Positions 12,681 through 25,140 of a stretch of DNA of 64,000 nt are shown here, piece by piece. The position numbers and the translations under genes are program-made. Each line of letters opens with the position of its first letter. The stretch's first letter is position 1. The stretch lies in the NCBI GenBank assembly GCA_965153285.1, contig OZ229112.1. One strand, given 5' to 3'. Origin of the DNA: Podarcis tiliguerta (taxonomy: Eukaryota). The notes beneath the pieces were generated by a model that was not told the origin of the DNA, did no database searches, and was given only the letters and a program-made list of their open reading frames with translations.

Positions 12681-13680
12681 TATAAGTACTTTTTATATTG
12701 TATGTTGCATCTAAATCATTGAGACAATTATGGCCGCAAAGCTTTTAGCAATCACAGAAGGTCTTAAAAAATTAAATACCAAGCACTCTCTGTGTGTATG
12801 TGTGTATTGTTCTCAGAAATGCAGTGTGTTGGGAGAGTAGATCTAGACCTACAGCTGCAATATTTGGTGGGGGGAGTGGCCTTCTCCCATGTGGCAGTTA
12901 GCAATAGGAAAAAACCTCCAGTTGGCACCAATGAAAGTTTCCCACCAAATACTAATTGCAGCAGAGGGAGGGGTGATTTTTAATGATATTACAGATGGGG
13001 ATGCAAGGTGTACCCTCCCTTGGATTCCTGAGGGTTCCTGAGCATAATCCTCCATCCTTGTGCCAGGTATTTATTTATTTTTTAAGGAAACCTATGCTGT
13101 GGTTGCCAGTCATAGCCACAAAACACAAACCGGGAAGCAAAACCCTTTTAGTTTTCAGCCAAATCAACCTTTCGAGATACCCAGTACAAAACTCCTGGAC
13201 TGATTTGTCTTCAATTTGGCAGGTTACTCACACAGCAGCACATGTCTAATGTATGCTACTTTCATACAAATTGCCTATAAAACAACAGGAGAGATTAAGT
13301 GAGTCTTTTTTTGACCACTCCAAACTGCAAAGGTTATCCCTGCATATAAACTGAATATACATCCTTCTGAAATCTGACAATATTCATCCCCTCAGAATGG
13401 ACTTGCAAATTTAATCATATTCTGCCAAAAACAATCCTCTCCAAAGTTACAGATGGCCCCTTTTAAAAAAGGAGAAATATGCTTGCAAATTACATTCAAT
13501 TCTGTCAAAAGGGGAAAAGGCTATAGCCATTTTTTATTTCCCCATAATAGTGAAAAGGAGCAGCACATAGCTTTCTTATTCCATATTGGAGTCAGAATCA
13601 GACATTGGGTCAAATTGGAACAGCTTTGGATTGAACCTTGCTCTTTCACAAAGCACTGAAATGGGAAATCTTGTGGTTTG

Positions 13681-13776
13681 TGCACATTCCTAAAATATAT
13701 GCAAGCCTGTACCCACTTACTTGCTATTGAACTCAGTTGCACATATGTTTGAGTAAACATACATAGGATTGCACTG
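13681..13776. mobile_element. Short palindromic reptile MITE-like relic (related pieces near 41087-41130, 47750-47835, 60672-60732)
   Basis: Ends tgcacattccta ... taggattgcac are near inverted repeats; cacttac/tgaactcag-like core shared with some of the other pieces. Confidence 0.4.
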
Positions 13777-14177
13777 TAAACTGATCTTTTTCCCCCAACA
13801 GAGGAAACTTCTATAAAATGTTGTGATGACAGAAAGGCTGACATGGGGAGGAGTGCTTGCTATCTCCAGGCTGTGCTCTAAAGAACATGATCAAGGACTC
13901 AATTTTACAAATTGCAAGGTTGCCTGAAAGTGGGGATGGAAACCAATATTAATCCAATTTCAGAAACAGGCTTTCATCTACAACTCTGCCAATTCACTAC
14001 CTAGCCATCAACAAGACAGTAGATAAATAAACACAACAGCAGAAGCGGCAAGGCAGCTTTGATAGTGGAGACAACCAGGTTTTTACTGAATGGGGTACAG
14101 AAATGAACTGGAAGCCAGGCAGTTGGTGAAACATAGGAGTAACGTGATCATAGCACCCAGGTTTTAATGTTGTAAGC

Positions 14178-14526
14178 AGGGGTGGGGAATCCCAGATGTG
14201 AGGGCCAAATGTGACTCTCTAGACTTCTTTACCTGGCCCTTAGCATTTTCCCAAAGCCACATCCCTTTCCAGTTCACACTCATCTCTACCCCTATTTCTC
14301 ACCTTCCTTGAGTGTTTGCTTGGCTGCAATGTGTCTTTGAACTCTGAAGATGCCTCCTGGTGGCCTGGATGGCAGACAGAGAAGGGTGTGTATATGCAGA
14401 AACAGGCATACTATACAAAGCGATTGTTCTTTTGCTACTAGACCCATCCACGACTGACATATGGTCCTGGAAGGTTGCCCAGATGGGAATGTAACTCTCT
14501 GTTTGAAAAAATGTTCTTTGCCGCTG
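14178..14526. mobile_element. Degraded hAT-type non-autonomous element
   Basis: Starts CAGGGGTGGGGAA, a typical hAT terminus; degenerate right end ...gttctttgccgctg. Confidence 0.5.
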
Positions 14527-14949
14527 ATGCAAAGCAGTGCAATTCTCTGGCAAATAATGTTTTCTCTAAACATGCAATAAAAATCTTAGTCCTGGATGAA
14601 TTCTGTTATGCATCCCACCACTCTTGAATGGTTTTATTAATGTTTCTCTACTTCATAGGGTATGTTATTCTCCCTTCATCATGAAAGAGAAGCATACATC
14701 TGATTCCTGCCTCACATTTTTTGATTTCTGCAGACACCCAATGGGGACACAGAGCAATCAGAACCTTTATAACAGTAGGGAAGAGTTAAAAAGCATCTCT
14801 TTGAAATGAATTTCTACAGTTACATCCATTAAGGAAAACATTTCCAGGAGTCAGTTTAATAAAATAAAAGCAATCTAATCTATTCCTCAGAGTATAGGAG
14901 AAGAAAGGGGGAAATAAGCCAATATTTTGCAGTACAGAATGTGTGGGAT

Positions 14950-15130
14950 TTAGGTCTTAATCTTGGAGACATGGGTTCAAATCCTACAACTTCCCTGCAA
15001 TAAATTGGGAAGGATTTGGCATGGCATTAGCTTTCAAAGCTCTTGGACTCATGGCCTTCTTGCAGGCTTTCCATAGACATCTGGTTGGCTATTGTGAGAA
15101 CAGAATGCTGAAGGAGATGAGCCTTTGAAC
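14950..15130 (+). mobile_element. Degraded tRNA-derived SINE
   Basis: Box B-like GGGTTCAAATCC near 14973; squamate SINE-like 3' motif catctggttggctattgtgagaacagaatgctg. Confidence 0.45.
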
Positions 15131-15225
15131 TCTGAAAGCTGTAAGTGATTATTCCAATCTAATTCAACTAAGTTCCAAGGTCAGCTAACATGCATTCCAT
15201 ATTGCATTCTGTATACCGTCTACAC

Positions 15226-15357
15226 CAGAGGTGTCTAATCTGTGTGCCTCCAGATGTTGCTGGGCTCCCCTCACCCCTCACCATTGGCCAAGTTTGCTAG
15301 GGCAGTTGGGGGTTGGAGTCCAATAACATCCAGAGGGCCACAGGTTAGCCATCCCTG
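15226..15357. mobile_element. hAT palindromic MITE
   Basis: CAGAGGTGTCTAATC ... GGTTAGCCATCCCTG; 8-bp TSD GTCTACAC / CTCTACAC (7/8). Confidence 0.8.
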
Positions 15358-15776
15358 CTCTACACACAGCTCCTATATGCCCCTTATTTGAGACATGTTG
15401 ATCAGATAATTCCAGCTCATATATTCACTGTTCACATCGTACCATTCCAGTCCTCACTGTCAGCAGTGTTTTCCTTATGACCATGCTGAACAACATCTAG
15501 AATTATTTAGTTGCTGACTCTTGAGGCTTCTGCATATTTTAAACACTTGATGATTTCCCCACTCTGAAGAGCACAAAAAAGAGTCGGCTGGCGTTTTCAA
15601 ATTTCCTTTATGTCGGATTTCTGTGTTTCTGCCACATGAACCACAAAGCTGAGTTGAATGTGCATTGGATCTTTCACAAGGTTCCACATGGATTTTACCA
15701 TGGACGTCTCTGCATTTTATGAGACTAGTAGTCACCAAGCAGCAGCAACAGGCTCTAAGCAGTTTGCTCTGTAAAG

Positions 15777-15777
<1 letters not shown>

Positions 15778-15827
<50 letters not shown>

Positions 15828-15829
15828 TC
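15778..15829. repeat. (TTTC)n microsatellite
   Basis: Direct inspection. Confidence 0.95.
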
Positions 15830-16105
15830 ATTATGCTTAAACAAAAATGGATAGTCTCTTTGACCATTAAAACAATACATATGCTGCAAATGATGAATAA
15901 AGCTTTTGGAACCAGGCAGATTTTCCAGTGTCTCATTCTCTTGAATAAGACTGTTTTATCATTAATTGCCCTTACATAGGTAAGGTACTACTCATAATGG
16001 GAAAAGGTACCACAATCTGCTTCAGTGCATGATAAAATCCAGCAGCAAGAGCTTTTACAGCCATTCTGCCATCATAAACTAATTATGAGGATTTTCAGCC
16101 TCTGT

Positions 16106-16439
16106 CAAAGGTGCCAGCTTGAAAGGGCAAATGGGGACAGGGGAGAGGCAAAGTCACGTGCGTGATGTCAGGAGGAGGAGCTGGGGGTGGAGTTGAATGT
16201 GGTGGCCGCATGGCTTAGTGGCCAGAGGCTAATCCTGCTATTGGCACCACTGGTGGAAGGCTTCTTCGACCCTTTTTCCCTTCTGCAGAAGGAGAAGGAG
16301 ATGGCCATTGGAGGCACACCACAATCAACTCTGCACTTCAGCTCCATGCTTTTGGGACATTGGGTGAGGAGATCTGGCCCCTACCCCCAAAAATAGGTGG
16401 GGACGAAAAGGGCTTGACCCCTAAGAGCTGGCGCCTGTG
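16106..16439. mobile_element. hAT-like MITE
   Basis: TIRs CAAAGGTGCCAGCT / AGCTGGCGCCTGTG; flanks GCCTCTGT / GCCTCAGC (6/8 TSD). Confidence 0.6.
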
Positions 16440-18735
16440 GCCTCAGCTGTTAACACAGGAAATCCAACAATTATTAAGGATCACCCCTCCCTCCAGCATG
16501 GGACATGAAAGCTTGCAAAGGATTCTGTGATGCTTATGTTGGCAGCGGAATCCCCACCTCCCTGGACACACTAGAATTCCTTCCAAGCACACCAGATCCA
16601 CAGTGGGTCATATTTTTCTTTTCTTTTAATGAACATAACTTAGCTTATTTTGTGAAGACATGTGCAATGTGTTTCAGTACATTCCCACGCATACGTACTC
16701 AGCCATTGCATTACCTGGAAACCTTGTGTCCAGGTAAGTGGATACAAGACTGCAGCTTTAGATTCAGAATATCCCAGTGTTTTACAGTAGAGTAGGTTCT
16801 TCCCATACTAGATAGTAAAAATAAAATAAAATAGTCCTCTCATCTGGAGAGCTCTTCCAGTATATTGTTAAATCTTCAGTTCATCCAAGCATTGTCAGAG
16901 GTCTTTCTGTACTTGTCAGTGTATCTTGTTAGGGCAGAGGAGCATGTTTCTTGAATAGCACTAGGGAGCTCAGGGTTCTGTTTTTCAAAATTCAATGCAG
17001 TCTTATTGATGGCTGCCACATTATTTTGAAAATATTGGGAAATGTTAGCATTGATACACCAATACCCTTTTTGTGTGTCAACTTTTATTTTTATGGGGTG
17101 GGGAGAAATCATTTTATCCTCAAATGGAAGAAGAAGGGTACATGGAATGACTAACATTTCACTGCAGCTTTCGTTAGTCTAACAGACTGGACACAGTGAA
17201 TTCTTCTTAGCTTTTCTACTATGTCTGCAACACTCAGAACAGCTTACATCATTTTTAAATAAACAAAACCCCACAATCAAGTCCAATGAAAATCAAGCAA
17301 TAAACAATAATAAAACAGAAGTACATCTAGCAGGTCAAAAGCCTGGCAGAATACGAATAATAATGGTAATAGCAATAAATGATTTGGCCAGGCAGCAAAT
17401 AATAAGGAAAGAGGCTCAAAAGACCTGTGAGGCAGGAAGTCCCACAGTTTAGGCAAGGCCACAGGGAAGGCCCCTACTATTTCCCAAGCAGCCTTGCCTC
17501 AGCCATTACTGGGACACAAAAAAGAATCCCACCCTCACAGATCTTAGGGAGTGGATAGGCTGGTTTGGGAAAAGATGGATCCTAAGTATCCTAAGTAAGC
17601 TCAAACCATTTCCTTTTCCAAAAGTAATCTCCAGTCCTTTCAGTTGTGCCCAGAAACAAACCAGCAACCAGTGAAGCTATTGCAAAATACAGTAGTCTCC
17701 CACGGGTGTACACCCCCTAACATCATTGCTGCTGTATACTGGGATCAACCAAAGTTTCCAGAGATGTTTCAGAGGCAGCCAAATGCAGAACTCATTAAAA
17801 TCATCCAGTTTGGAAATAATTAAGGTTTTAGGATTGGCAACTGGCTACACTATGCTCCTCAGAAAAGGGTGCCCCGGAAAGAAAACCTGTCAAATGAGAA
17901 GGGTTTTTTTTTGTTTGTTTAACTCACACAGTAAACTTCTCATATGCAGCAAATTGGCACACACACCACATTGATGCATTAAGCATCAGCACCTGTGTTG
18001 TTGGCCTTCCACTTTCGGCAGCTCTTGTCTCAAGTATATTGTAGAGCTTTATATAAGTTAAATGGCTTATAAAACTATGTAACAAGTTGTGATATATTTA
18101 TTTACAAAAAACAAACAATATCCAGATTCTTTATCACATTTCTCTGAAAAAATAAAAAGTCTTAAAACTTAATTATTACAATTACTTTCAGTGCTACATT
18201 TTTATATGTGTTTGAATTATATATATATATACTTGAGTAGTTCATAAAACAATGCAAGCTGGTATTAGAAGTTACATTTATTATTTTGATGAATATTCAC
18301 ACTTAATTTATTCATAAGAAAGTTCTACAGCCCTTTCTCAGGCTATTTACAGCTAATCCCTTGCTCGCTAAAGTGAAAAAAATTAATACCACTGACATCC
18401 ATCATGAAATACTAATTGTGAAAAATATTACTGAACGTACATCATTAGAATATTAACCCCCTAGATATTATTACTGTTATATTTTCCCAAGATCAATGCA
18501 GCATTTATGCAGCATAATTTTCTAAGAAGAATTACAATTCGGCATGAGACAAACAGTTTTTGTATTTCCTCATAGCTAACCCTTAATACCATTAGTCAAT
18601 TGGAATTTGTGTTGGGGCATTATGTGATTAATGTTGTGGTGGAGTCCACATTAGCAGACCTAACAGCAGATCCCCAACAAAGTATTTTTTTCTTTGCAGC
18701 TACTAACAACAGTGCCTTCTGAGAGTATCTGAATA

Positions 18736-19030
18736 CAGTGGTACCTCTGGTTACGAACTTAATTCATTCTGGAGGTCCGTTCTTAACCTGGAACCGTTCT
18801 TAACCTGAGGCACCACTTTAGCTAATGGGGCCTCCTGCTGCCACCATGCGATTTCTGTTCTCATCCTGAAGTTCTTAACCCAAGGTACTACTTCTGGTTA
18901 GCGGAGTCTGTAACCCGAGGTGTTTTTAACCTGAGGTACCACGCTACTGCCTGGCGTGCTCTGGTCCATGGGGTCATGAAGAGTCGGACACGACTAAACG
19001 ACTAAACAACAACAACCACCACCACCACTG
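18736..19030. mobile_element. Tigger-like MITE whose right TIR is interrupted by a BovB 3' end
   Basis: TA-CAGTGGTACC start; right TIR GAGGTACCAC|insert|ACCACTG-TA. Confidence 0.88.
18943..19023 (+). mobile_element. Very short, 5'-truncated BovB 3' terminus
   Basis: tgcctggcgtgctctggtccatggggtcatgaagagtcggacacgactaaacgactaaac(aac)n closely matches the reverse complement of about 6840-6910; ACCAC duplicated on both sides. Confidence 0.9.
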
Positions 19031-19094
19031 TATATGCTAAATGATGAATAAATAAATGACAGAGCTGGTGCAGAATAGGTTAACAGTATGCATT

Positions 19095-19537
19095 TTGAAC
19101 AAGAGCAATAATGAACTGGATGAGGGCCAATATACTGCGTTTGAATCCGCAACAAAGTGGAAGTGCTGTGTTGGTGCTGACCTTTAAAGCCCTAAATGGC
19201 CTCGGTCCAGTATACCTAAAGGATCGTCTCCACCCCCATTATTCTGCCCGGACACTGAGATCCAGCGCTGAGGGCCTTCTGGCGGTTCTCTCACTGCGAG
19301 AAGCCAAGTTACAGGGAACTAGGCAGAGGGCCTTCTCGGTAGTGGCGCCCTCCCTGTGGAACGCCCTCCCATTAGATGTCAAAGAGAACAACAACTACCA
19401 GACTTTTAGAAGACATCTGAAGGCAGCCCTATTTAGGGAAGCTTTTAATGTTTGATGTATTAGAGGATTTTAATATTTTTTTGGAAGCCGCCCAGAGTGG
19501 CTGGGGAAGCCCAGCCAGATGGGTGGGGTACAAATAA

Positions 19538-19583
<46 letters not shown>

Positions 19584-20780
19584 GTGGGTTTTGGGGTCTG
19601 TGGATTAGAAGGTCTCCTATTCTGGACCGGGTTGTACGCCCTCTGAAGGAATAAGGCGTATTGTCTGAGGGTATTCACTGATTCAGCTTTGTCCCTGGAA
19701 GCCCACGTGGTGTCATTGGCATTGCCTATTCTCAGCTTTGGCTGATTTGCCATCTGTAGGCATTCCTGGCCACAGAGGGCCTGGCCACAGTGCCCTATGC
19801 TTTGGTAAACTTGAGTAGATAATTTGAATGTGCTCCAAATGGGGCTGTTTTTGAAAATAGTCTGTGAACTGCAACTGGTACAGACTTCTGCTTGCTTGGA
19901 GCGATGAATATGGATCTGTGTGTGTAGAAATCTCTGACTTTTTGTGGCTGGAAGCCACAGCCTATACAAAGGCAACAGATACATCTATTGCTTCACCCAC
20001 ACTTGCCCCTGGCTTCATTGCCATACATGTACTAGTTACAACTCAGCTGGACATACATTAACACACACTGTGAGGAGTGGTCCTCAAAAACCACTTGGAC
20101 ATTTCAGTCAGCGCCAGATGCTGCTGAAATCTTGACCAGCTGAGATAATGTAACCCCTTTATAGCATCAATTTCATTGGCAGCCAGCTCATGACAGAGTG
20201 CAATTCAAAGTGCTGGTTATTACCGTTAAAGCCCTAAATAGTTTGGAACCAAAGTCCTTGAAAAAAACACTTCTCCCTGAGTGCATCATTTGATATCTGC
20301 TGATGTGGCCCTGCAAGCCACTGACATCTGATGTGTGTTTGGTGGCAATGTGTGAGAGGACCTTTTCAGTGGCAGCACCCAGTATGTGGAACTCGCTTTC
20401 ACAAGAAGCTAGAACATCAGTATCTTTGTTTCTGTTGCCAGCATCAGGCGGCCTGTCTCCCCACCCCACCCTCTTCATCAAACACTGTTAAGTATTTCAG
20501 ATATTGTGAGTTCTGGTTCTCTTGGTTCCTTAAAAATAAATAAATAAATAAAATGCTGCTTCTAGCATTGAGATATGTTGTGTTTGCATTTCATTTGTGT
20601 GAATGGCTGGATTATTGGCCATATTATATAAACTGCTTAGAGGCTTTGATGATTAAGCAGTATTTAGATTCTGTTAATGAACTGTATACAATTATTGCTG
20701 TTTTTATTCTTTGCTTCTTAATATTCTGTTAGCCACTTTGAGTGACTCTAGTGGAGGGAAAAGATGGACAGAATTTCTAA
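19095..20780 (+). mobile_element. Old L2 LINE 3' region, decayed and interrupted by younger inserts
   Basis: WMRANILRLNP..KVEVL before 19168 continues after 19583 (PILDRV.., LQLVQ, QFKVLVITVKALN, RTFSVAAPSMWNSL); L2-type terminal motif near 20730-20780. Confidence 0.7.
19169..19583 (+). mobile_element. Young 5'-truncated L2 LINE 3' end with (TTA)n tail
   Basis: VLTFKALNGLGPVYLKDRL...RAFSVVAPSLWNALP...FRRHLKAALFREAF*; 3' motif gaagccgcccagagtggctgggg...; (TTA)n at about 19539-19583. Confidence 0.9.
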
Positions 20781-21794
20781 AAAAATCATAAAAAAGAAAA
20801 ATAATGAAACAAAGTTGCTGGAGAGTTAATGGGGTAGATTTTTATGTGTTTGCTTGCTTGTTTGTTAGTTAAAACAGCATGCAGCACTCCTAAGACACCA
20901 TCTACCAGCAGAAAAGCTTAAGTAAAGCTTCCAGATCGTAAGTATATCAAAAGCAAACAGAATCCTATTTGTCATGGCAGCCCCTCAGTAACCTAATTGC
21001 ATGACAGATCCATCCAGGGGGAACTTGAAAGAGGTTAACACAAGTGTGATCGAGTCTCCTAGGAAACAGATGACACTATTGGAAAAATAGCTTTTATGTG
21101 AAGAAATTGGAGTCTTTTCTTTCCAAAGCAGAGATGGTTCAAAATACATTTGTGTGTGGGGAACCCAGAACATTCCTGTATTATTTTGAAGGAAATTTAT
21201 TTTAGCAAAATAACACTATAGAAATTGATACCTTCAATACTGTGCCAAGAAATTAAACAAACAAACAAAACAAAACACTACCCCATTAATTTGAAGGAAA
21301 GTGTTTAATTTTTACCTCTTTCTATAGAATGGATTATTTCATATTTACACAGGAGGACTCTGGAAATTATATTGTACAAATAAGAGATAATACAATTTAT
21401 AGCCCAATGGTATGAACCACTGACCTTGCAAACGGACATCATGACCCACAGTATTTCATAAGCATTATAGGATAAACCTAGGCATAACATCCAAACCAAA
21501 GCTTGGGATAGGCACTGAAACTGCTACTGATTTCAGATGTATTATATACACAACTGGGTGCTAAAGTGTTTAAAAAGTAATGTGGTGGGGGCATGACCAG
21601 TAAAATAGTGGTTGTTCGTCCCATAGCAGTGCCAACCTTAAGGCAGTTTGTGAATGCCCAAAGTTATCCCATAATGCTGCTGTCACCCTGCATGTCATGA
21701 CATTGCAGGAGTTATCAACTGAACAAGAATGGCTTGTCTGCAAGGAAGAAGAACACTATTTCCTCCCAATATGAGCTTTAAGAACTGCAGTGAT

Positions 21795-22424
21795 TGTGGG
21801 CTGGTGCAGCAACAACAGTGGTGGTGGGGATACCAGTTTCCTCACTTCCTCCAATGGAGGAAGTGAGCAGGGGCTTATAGTGGCTCACCCGTAATTATGA
21901 CCAATAATGGGGTGGGACCAGTGGGGGTGGGACTTTGGAGCAGACCAGAGTAGGAACCTTACCCTTCAGGTCTTCTCCCTGGCTATAAAGCGTGGTTGCA
22001 CCTTCTACCCAAGGTCCAGTTGGTGCTTGACTTCCAAAGAAGAGGATGAGGAAATAAGACAAAGGGGGTTGGGACCCCCCTCTCACTCAAAGGGATTGGT
22101 GTACTCCATTTAATGTACTCCATTAAATGGGTCTAGGGGATGTGTTTCCATTCTGACGCCCAGATGGGGGCTGATGAGCCGTGACACTCCTCCCCCATTG
22201 TGATCTTAGAGAAATCACCCCAATACGATGGATGTCAAGGGGTGATATGGGATTAACCCTGCTCAGAAATCAACCAGTAGCGGGGGTAGGTGCTATGCCA
22301 AGGTGCTGTGCTTATGCCAAGATCTATGTTCACCTGTAATCAATAAAGTTGTGGTCTATTTTATCCCAAAGTGATTGTCCTGTGATTTTTTTCATCTTCC
22401 CATGTTAGTTGCAGGCTTCCCACA
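21795..22424 (+). mobile_element. Solo-LTR-like relic
   Basis: TGTGGG...CCCACA ends, TATA-like CTATAAA near 21983, AATAAA at 22342; 3' motif shared with 24790-25140; no clear TSD. Confidence 0.5.
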
Positions 22425-24789
22425 GCCTCGCTGCACCTGGGCCTGCATTCCCCTGATGCCCAGGTTTCTTTCTTTTTAAAAACAAGTTCTTAGCAACTCT
22501 ACAACCAAAGATAGGAGGCCAAAGGTACAGCCACTATCCTCTTACTATCATGTTTTGGGAGAAATAAGTCTGCTCCTGCCTTTCTGTGTTTTTATCCAAT
22601 GAATAAAATCATAGCAATAACTGAAATTTAGGAAAACAGATCTTGCCAATTAGACAAAGAGAAGGCTAGGGTGAAACCTTCATTGTTTAGATCAGAGGCA
22701 TGTAAACTTTACTGCCTATGGGTCACATTTACCCTTGACCTTGGGTGTGGTCAAAAGTGGGTTTCTCCTTTCTCAATTGTTCACCCAGGACCACCTTCTC
22801 AGCTGATTTGTACATGATCAATCTGATGATCAGGGAGGGAAACTGCATCATGATGCTGCAGAGGGGATATGCTTGGGCCCCTGAAAAGCAGTTAGTCACT
22901 TCCAATCTAGAATCTAGAGAAGGATATTATTGGTTTGTTCTTAAACCTTTTCTGCTTGTGATTGCTGCTCCAGATGAAACAATTCAAGTATCCAGAATAT
23001 TAGTGTATTTGTCATTGTGGGAAATCCTGTCAAATTAAGAACAAAAACTAGCAGCAAAAACAGGAACTCACGATCTCGCTACCAGTTCTTCCTCTGCTGA
23101 GGGAAGGTCTTTTCTGGCAAATGGGGGCAGGTGGGAGCTTGCATGAGAGAAGGCTGTGCAAAAACCCCTTTGAGTCATCGTTGCCCCCCCCCCCCAGCAT
23201 TTCAAAGGAGCATGTGAAAACCACAAATGGTTTTTAAGGCATGATTAGCATTGTTTCACACATCATTAGCTGAGGTCTGCGCCTCTATAGGAGAGAATTC
23301 CCTTATTTGATGTCAGAACCAGAGAACGGGGCTGGCTTAGTAGCAGAATGGAGATAAGTTCTCAGTGAAGCACATTCTAAGTAGTTCCCAATAGATTTTG
23401 GCCAAAATCTCTTCCTGTCTTCCAAAAGACAGTAGGAAACAGACGCCTAGTACCAGGAGCGACTGACAAGCAGCATGCTAAAGTAAACTTGCCATGCTTA
23501 CCAAGCACAATATTCAACCAGGTCAAGCTACTCCTTGAACTGTCACAGCTGCATTTTAGTAATCACAAATCATATGCTTTAATTATGTAGTGTGGCTTTC
23601 CTTTGGGCTGTTTTGGAGAGGCTTTTGCAAGCCAGGAGCACTTAAGCTTGACAATTGATTGTTGCGGTTCTAGTACTGCCTCATCTTTAAACTACCTGTT
23701 TACTGTCTACAAATAAAGTAGCATTCCTTGCACATGTACTACTATCACTATTTTTCCAGAACAAAGCAAGCAAGCAAACATAACTGGAACATGTGTGGAT
23801 TTAGAAAACATAAATCCAAAACAAAACAAAACGCAATACAAAAAAACAAAACAAAAGCATTAGGTAAAAAAGCATAACCCTCATATTGGTGATAAAGAAC
23901 ACAAGTGCTAGATTACAGACCCAAGTTTGAGGTAATCTGCCGTATATCACTCATCGTCCTCTGTCTGCATTCAAATAAATACATGCAAGGAACGAGGGCA
24001 GCTAGTATTTAAAATACATTACACTAAAGGTTAAAAGTAACAGGTAGGAAGAAAGAAAATAAGCAAATTAATGTACCAACTCTTATATAGAGAGCTTTTC
24101 CTTCTCAGTTATTGTACGGAATGCAAGGATGATACTTCATTCTTGCAGACATTATCCACATGCCATGAAATCAACTTTCTATCGATGTTTCAAAAGATTA
24201 GGATTGCTTCTAATTTTATATTTGCCTTCACAAAGAAAATGAAGATACCTCAGCAAAACCAATCAGGGAAAGATATATTCAGCTCTTTTAAGTATGTGTA
24301 GACTTTGTTTCCTGGAAGTTATCTGAAATGTGTCTCACAAAATGTTTAAGCACCAGTACAAATTGCCTCAGTGGGTTTCCACAGAAGCTCTGTACTGTAA
24401 TATTCTATACTTTTTAATGGACTGTTTCCTCAGAAATCAAAAGTTGCAATTCATACTGCTTTTGCAAAATACTGTGCATATTTAATGAACATTTTAAAGC
24501 TTTACAGTGTAAACAGAATCCTTAAGGTTGATTAGAATATGATTTAAGTGCATTTTGTGGCTATTCAGCTTAATTTCTTCTCTAGAAGCAGTGTAATAAT
24601 TAAACAGGTTCATGTGAAATTTCATAAAAACTAATTCAGCGACTCGACTCTGCTTCTATCCAGAAGCGAAAGACACTCCCAGAAAACCCCCTCCCGGTTA
24701 CACTGAGAACTCTGAGAACTGGCTCAGACATCCTGTCTCGCGCTCAGTAACATCACATGATGTAAACAATGTTGCTGCTTCTCCACAGC

Positions 24790-25140
24790 TGGTGGGAATT
24801 GAAATCCCAACAACGCCATTGTTTCCCCCCACACCGAAGGGTAGTCTGATAAAGGATTCCGGGGGCGTTGCCCTGTCCAAAGCCTACGGAGGTGTGGGTC
24901 TAAGGGACGCCCCCGAGCGGTGACCCCGGGGGAGCTCCTAGTTGATGTGCATCAGCAGAACTCCCCCTTCTGGTGTTTAACCCTTTCCGGTCTTCATGCA
25001 ATCGGGCTGAAGCCGGATAGTCGATAGGACCAATACCGCTCATTTCTGTAAACAATAAAGTTGTGGCCTATTTTGCCCATTAACCTAATGGTGTCCTGTG
25101 TCTTTATTTCCACTGCAGGGAGGTGGGAACTTGCCACGCA
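24790..25140 (+). mobile_element. LTR-like relic, 3' portion, CpG-rich
   Basis: ctgtaaacaataaagttgtggcctatttt...tgtcctgtg...ccacgca; homologous to 22334-22424. Confidence 0.55.

Noticed and set aside
19111-19455. 114-aa ORF
   Set aside because: Accidental fusion of old and young L2 pieces across an insertion junction
19460-19984. 174-aa ORF with poly-Asn (also the KERK/FLSF/RE-repeat ORFs at about 5.1, 15.5, 43.3 and 53 kb)
   Set aside because: Translations of microsatellites and antisense repeats
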